This document shows, piece after piece, positions 59,864 through 64,000 of a DNA stretch of 64,000 nt. The notes beneath the pieces were generated by a model, which was given only the letters and a program-made list of their open reading frames with translations, ran no database searches and was not told the origin of the DNA. A program made the position numbers and the translations under genes. The DNA lies in assembly GCA_038046265.1 (NCBI GenBank), contig JBBSWN010000010.1:7693-71692 (forward strand), given 5' to 3'. The DNA is from Nanobdellota archaeon (GTDB taxonomy: Archaea; Nanobdellota; Nanobdellia; SCGC-AAA011-G17; JACPIM01). Positions within the stretch are counted from its first letter, which is position 1; each line of letters opens with the position of its first letter.

Positions 59864-60508
59864 TTACAATTTGCCTGGTTTTTTAATATAGTGAATGTAA
59901 ATTTCTTTTAACAGAGGAATAAATGAAATAATTATTATCAATATTATGATCACGTTGAAATTATTTTGAACAAAAGGAATGTTTCCGAAAAAATAACCAC
60001 CAAAAATAAAAATAGTGCACCACAACAAAGCTCCAAGAACATTGTATGCTAGGAATATAGGGTAGGACATTTTGCCAATCCCTGCTACAAATGGAGCAAA
60101 AGTTCTTATTATTGGAATAAATCTGGCAAGAATAATTGTTTTTTTGCCGTGTTTTTCATAGAACTGCTGTGCTCTTGTTAAATGTTCTTTATGGAAGAAG
60201 ATGGAGTTCTCTTTGCTGAATATTTTTGGGCCGATGAATTTTCCAATATGGTAATTTACAGTATCACCAAGAACAGCTGCAAGCAGGATTACAAAGAGTG
60301 AAATTTTTATATTTAATGAATTTACAGCTGACAATGCTCCAACTGTAAACAAAAGAGAGTCGCCAGGAAGAAATGGAGCTACAACAAAGCCGGTTTCTGT
60401 AAAAAAAATTAGGAATAGAAAAAGGTAAGTTAGTGTAGGATACTCCTGGATTACAATCTGAAGATATTTGTCCAGATGAAAAAGAATGTCTATTAATTTT
60501 ACTCCCAT
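59864..60508 (-). CDS. DedA-family membrane protein (second copy)
   Basis: FTETGFVVAPFLPGDSLLFTVGAL...VLGDTVNYHIGKFIG. Confidence 0.55.
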   Translation of the reverse strand: MGVKLIDILFHLDKYLQIVIQEYPTLTYLFLFLIFFTETGFVVAPFLPGDSLLFTVGALSAVNSLNIKISLFVILLAAVLGDTVNYHIGKFIGPKIFSKENSIFFHKEHLTRAQQFYEKHGKKTIILARFIPIIRTFAPFVAGIGKMSYPIFLAYNVLGALLWCTIFIFGGYFFGNIPFVQNNFNVIIILIIIISFIPLLKEIYIHYIKKPGKL

Positions 60509-60514
60509 ATTAAG

Positions 60515-61381
60515 CTAATGCTCGTTCTTAAACTTTCCCTGCATTACAATAAGATCTTCTGTTGTTAATTTTCCCTTAGTTCTTAGTTTTTCTTCCACCA
60601 GCCTTGATTTTTCTTCAATGATTTTTTCCTCAATTTTCTTTCTTTCTTCTTTTCTATTGCTTTCAATTAAAGACGGATTTATTTTGCTCATTTCTGTAAG
60701 TTTTAAATTTAATTCAGTTGTTATTGCTTCAGAACTTTTATCCATTTCGTCTAATTCTTTCTGCTTGTCTTCCTGTATTTTTCTTAACTTGTCAAGCTGC
60801 TTGAACAAATCACGGAACTGCTTGTTTTCTTCTTTGTTTAAATTTAGAATTTCTTTTACCTGATTGTGGAAAGAGTTTGCTTTTTCTCTTTCTTCTTTTA
60901 TGTTTTTTGATATTTTTTCCTCTTTTTCACTTATTGAGAATAAGGAACCTGAGTTCTTAAAATCAGCTTTAAGCTTTCTTATTTCACCCATTAATTTTTT
61001 CTCTTTTTCAAATGATATTACATCTGTTTGAATTTTAGTTTCCAGCTGATCAATTTTCTCTTTTATCGCCAATGGATTAAGTTTTATCTTGAATTTCTTT
61101 TCTATTTCCTTTTTTTCAGTATTTAGATCTTTTAGAGAGAGGATTAAATCATGCACGTTTTTATTATGCAGTTCCCTTTGTTTTTTTAATTCTTCTAGAG
61201 TATTTGTAAAAGAGGATTTTTTGCTTTTGAACTCCTTTACTTTGTTTAATGTGTTTCTGATGTCTGATCTTGTTTTCTGGAGGTCTTTTATTTTTTCTCT
61301 TTTTGTTATACTAGAACTGTTTAATTTACTTCTAAGTAGATTAATCTCTTTCTTTAATCTAATTATGTCAGCTTTCTCCAT
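60515..61381 (-). CDS. Lys/Glu-rich coiled-coil protein
   Basis: 288 aa with heptad-like periodicity. Confidence 0.35.
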   Translation of the reverse strand: MEKADIIRLKKEINLLRSKLNSSSITKREKIKDLQKTRSDIRNTLNKVKEFKSKKSSFTNTLEELKKQRELHNKNVHDLILSLKDLNTEKKEIEKKFKIKLNPLAIKEKIDQLETKIQTDVISFEKEKKLMGEIRKLKADFKNSGSLFSISEKEEKISKNIKEEREKANSFHNQVKEILNLNKEENKQFRDLFKQLDKLRKIQEDKQKELDEMDKSSEAITTELNLKLTEMSKINPSLIESNRKEERKKIEEKIIEEKSRLVEEKLRTKGKLTTEDLIVMQGKFKNEH

Positions 61382-61434
61382 ATTAAAAAATGAACTGAGG
61401 CCATCAGCTTAAGGTTAAATGTAATTGCTTATAG

Positions 61435-61734
61435 TTAACCAAAGAGCGCACCGAGGCCCGCTGCTGCGGCTTCTTCAGCTTTCTTTTCTTCTTCAGCTGA
61501 TTTCTTTTCGTCTTTCTTTGTTTCTGCTTTTGCTTCTGTTACTGGAGCTGCGACTGGCATTGCTGCCTGCTTTACAACCTCGTCAATATTAACTCCGTCA
61601 AGAGCTGCCAACAAGGCCTTAGCTTTCATTTCATCTGAATGACCGCCGGCAGATTCAATTACTTTTTTTACTCTGTCAGCTGTCAATTCTGCTCCTAGTT
61701 TGTGGATCAGCAAAGCTGAATATACATATTCCAT
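61435..61734 (-). CDS. rpl12: ribosomal stalk protein P1 (L12e)
   Basis: MEYVYSALLIHKLGAE...; acidic Ala/Glu-rich hinge; C-terminal GLGALFG. Confidence 0.8.
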   Translation of the reverse strand: MEYVYSALLIHKLGAELTADRVKKVIESAGGHSDEMKAKALLAALDGVNIDEVVKQAAMPVAAPVTEAKAETKKDEKKSAEEEKKAEEAAAAGLGALFG

Positions 61735-61749
61735 ATATTTTTCCTCCTA

Positions 61750-62817
61750 TTATATTTCTCCTCTAATTTTTTTATCAGTAAGCTGCCTTAAAAGATCTGC
61801 TGCTCTCTGCATTTCATCTTTTTCAGCATTTACTGGTTTTGCTTCTATTTTATCGTGATGTTTAAGTTCTTCTTTTAACTCTTTTTCTGCTTCTTTCTTT
61901 TCATTGATTTTTTCTTCTTTTATGCTTTCTGTCTTTTCTTCTTCCTTTATTTCTTCTGGTTTTTCTTCCTTTGTTTCAGAAACTTCTTTAGTCTCTTCTT
62001 TTTTAGTTTCTGGTTCACTTGAAGAAATTGAATCTAGATTTGGAATTTTTGTTTCCAAGGCCATTGCTTCTAACTGGGCTTTTTTCAACACAATTTCTAT
62101 AGTTTCCTTTGTCAAGTATGAAGTGTTTACTGCAAGATTAATTGCTTCGTGATATGCCTGCACTAAGGAATCAAGGAATTCTTTTTCATCAATATCCAAA
62201 ACTTCTTTTGTCAGTATTTCCCCGTTTTTAAAAGTCAATATAAGATTTAAGCCAATTTCCATTGGCTCAATGCCTAATTTGCTTAGAATACTTGCTGTTT
62301 TTTGATTTATTTCTTCACCTTCTTTAACTAATAATTTATTTTCTTTAATATGGATTTTTCCCTCCAAGACTTGGGTTTTAATGCCTAATTGTCCGAATTC
62401 ACCAATCATAGGACCGGGAGTAAATTGTGTAGGGCCTGCTGCTATTTCTATGTCTTTATTTGCTGTCTGGCCTGGTTTTGCAAACGCGCTTGACTTATTT
62501 TTGTTTAATGTTTTTTGGAGCTTAAATTCATCTTCATTAGTCATTAACAAGGCTGGTGAGCCTTTAATCATTTCATTTAATTTTGTTATTCCTGGTTTTT
62601 CTTTTTCTAACTGCGAGAAAGCTATTTTTATCAGCCTTTTTTTAGTTGTTCTTATTTTTACTTTACCAGTCAACTTGTGCTTGATTTTTATAAACTGGTC
62701 TGCTGGAAGATTTTCCAAGTTAAGGATGCCAAGGACATTATAGTTTCTAACTAAATCTTTTATATTTTCAACTTCCTGCTTTTTCTTTTCACTTACACGA
62801 GCTACTTGTACTTGCAT
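61750..62817 (-). CDS. rplP0: ribosomal protein P0 (L10)
   Basis: L10 N-terminal domain; acidic EE/KK-rich C-terminal region; sits between L1 and P1. Confidence 0.75.
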   Translation of the reverse strand: MQVQVARVSEKKKQEVENIKDLVRNYNVLGILNLENLPADQFIKIKHKLTGKVKIRTTKKRLIKIAFSQLEKEKPGITKLNEMIKGSPALLMTNEDEFKLQKTLNKNKSSAFAKPGQTANKDIEIAAGPTQFTPGPMIGEFGQLGIKTQVLEGKIHIKENKLLVKEGEEINQKTASILSKLGIEPMEIGLNLILTFKNGEILTKEVLDIDEKEFLDSLVQAYHEAINLAVNTSYLTKETIEIVLKKAQLEAMALETKIPNLDSISSSEPETKKEETKEVSETKEEKPEEIKEEEKTESIKEEKINEKKEAEKELKEELKHHDKIEAKPVNAEKDEMQRAADLLRQLTDKKIRGEI

Positions 62818-62819
62818 TT

Positions 62820-62852
62820 AACCCTTTTCACAAAAGCGTTAACGGAAAACGC
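62820..62852 (+). promoter_or_regulatory. dispersed motif copy in the 35-bp L1-P0 spacer (AACCCTTTTCACAAAAGCGTTAACGGAAAACGC)
   Basis: Motif family; contains the hairpin AGCGTT-aacggaa-AACGCT. Confidence 0.35.
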
Positions 62853-63577
62853 TATTGCTCCTCCTTGGTTTTAACTTTTGGTTTTTGAATTAATAGTGAT
62901 AATTCTTCCTGCTTGTATTCTTTTTCTAAATTAATTGGGGAACCCATTGACATTTTTATTATAACACTTTTTACGTTATTTTTTTCCTGAGGCAAGGAAT
63001 GCAGGACTGAGTTGTAAACATGAAGGAAATTGTCTGCTATTTCTTCATCTTTCATTGTTTCATTTCCTATTGATGCTTTTACTGTTGGCTCATTTTTAGT
63101 TTGTAATCTTATTGTGTTTCTTAATTTATCTGTTAATGGCTTTAATGATTGAATTGATCCTGGAACTACTGCTCCTATTTTTGGATTTGGCATTTTTCCC
63201 AAAGGACCAAGAATTCTACCAAATAATGTAGCTATTTTTGGCATTATGTCTGCTTGGGCTATGAAGAAATCATATTGTCTTGCTATTTTCTTTAATTCTT
63301 TTTTCTTGTTTTCATATTTTGGAAAATTTTCCTTTAAAATTATATTTTCTGTTGTTTCTTTAGATTGCTTTTCTAGGTCATAATCAATTAAAGCACATAT
63401 TTTTACTTTTTTTCCTGTTTGATTGGGTAATTGCAGGAATAAGTCTATGTTTTCTTCTGGTTTTTTTAAGTTAATATTTTTTAAGTTTATGACTAGGTCA
63501 AAACCCTGCTTAAAATTTCTTTTCTTAGAAACTTCCTTTGCTAATTTTATTGCTTCTAAAACTTCTTTCTTGTCCAA
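62852..63577 (-). CDS. rpl1: ribosomal protein L1
   Basis: L1 fold motifs; TTG start with GGAGGG 7 nt upstream. Confidence 0.75.
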   Translation of the reverse strand: MDKKEVLEAIKLAKEVSKKRNFKQGFDLVINLKNINLKKPEENIDLFLQLPNQTGKKVKICALIDYDLEKQSKETTENIILKENFPKYENKKKELKKIARQYDFFIAQADIMPKIATLFGRILGPLGKMPNPKIGAVVPGSIQSLKPLTDKLRNTIRLQTKNEPTVKASIGNETMKDEEIADNFLHVYNSVLHSLPQEKNNVKSVIIKMSMGSPINLEKEYKQEELSLLIQKPKVKTKEEQ

Positions 63578-63595
63578 TTTTAAGGCCCTCCTACG

Positions 63596-63640
63596 AACCT
63601 TTTGGGAAAAAGCTTCACCAAAAATGCTTTACGGAAACCC
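63596..63640 (+). promoter_or_regulatory. dispersed motif copy (AACCTTTTGGGAAAAAGCTTCACCAAAAATGCTTTACGGAAACCCG)
   Basis: Motif family. Confidence 0.35.
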
Positions 63641-63725
63641 GTATAGTAGTTCAAATGGGTTAGAGTTTTGAGAAATTAAGGATTTATAAGCTTTATGTAG
63701 AAAATTATATAAGGCCTTTTTGAAT

Positions 63726-64000
63726 TAAAAATTAGATGAATTTTAGAATATTTCAGATAAAAACTTTGGATAAAGATTTTGATGAAGAACTTTATGTAGC
63801 TCCAAATGCTGAAATGGCTGAAAGCGCTTATAGAAGACATTTTAGTGGTTTAGGCCCAGAAGTTAGGTTAGATGTAAGACATGTAGGAAATTTGGATTTT
63901 GATGCTTCAGATTCTTTGACAAGAAAAATTTGTGAATTATTGGTTGTTGGAAAAATAGATCCTTTTAGGATAAACCTTCCAGATAAAGAAACGATAAAGA
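63726..64000 (+). CDS. 3'-truncated hypothetical ORF running off the window
   Basis: ATG at 63726; 91 codons with no stop to the window end; the minus strand has no long ORF here. Confidence 0.3.

Overview
The window is AT-rich (about 30% GC by eye), gene-dense archaeal chromosomal DNA. The archaeal assignment rests on aIF2-gamma, ribosomal proteins L1/P0/P1, Sec61-beta, NAC-alpha, an archaeal-type GluRS and class-III (pilin-type) signal peptides. A small-genome DPANN-like lineage is my inference, not something the sequence proves. Housekeeping genes present: gyrB (carrying a 523-aa LAGLIDADG intein), gyrA, the grpE-dnaK-dnaJ operon, tmk, hisS, gltX, aIF2-gamma, pcm, scpA, lspA and an SRP RNA. 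I found no rRNA, CRISPR array, transposase or integrase. The regions that deserve a second look are: (1) a cell-surface island (1-19.9 kb) with four pilin-like genes, an S-layer-like glycoprotein, four paralogous membrane-anchored alpha/beta hydrolases (two of them a near-identical tandem duplicate), glycosyltransferases, a B12-radical-SAM enzyme and a 623-aa sequon-rich surface protein; (2) a ~30-nt intergenic motif in at least 12 copies that I saw only in + orientation, one copy lying inside a 42-nt T-loop intron of a tRNA-His gene next to hisS; (3) a tightly coupled four-gene operon of small unknown proteins; (4) three type II toxin-antitoxin pairs; (5) a polyprenyl-phosphate carrier-recycling membrane cluster (two DedA proteins, PAP2, a polyprenol-kinase-like protein); (6) a GC-richer block at 47.2-50.7 kb with an NTase-HEPN fusion and a TIM-barrel protein split by a coiled-coil insertion; (7) several housekeeping homologues with degenerate catalytic motifs (GluRS HIGH reads SLGR; PEP-synthase-like protein lacks the phospho-His), plus a bacterial-type HPF-like gene after dnaJ. 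All family assignments come from motif reading only; no database search was possible.
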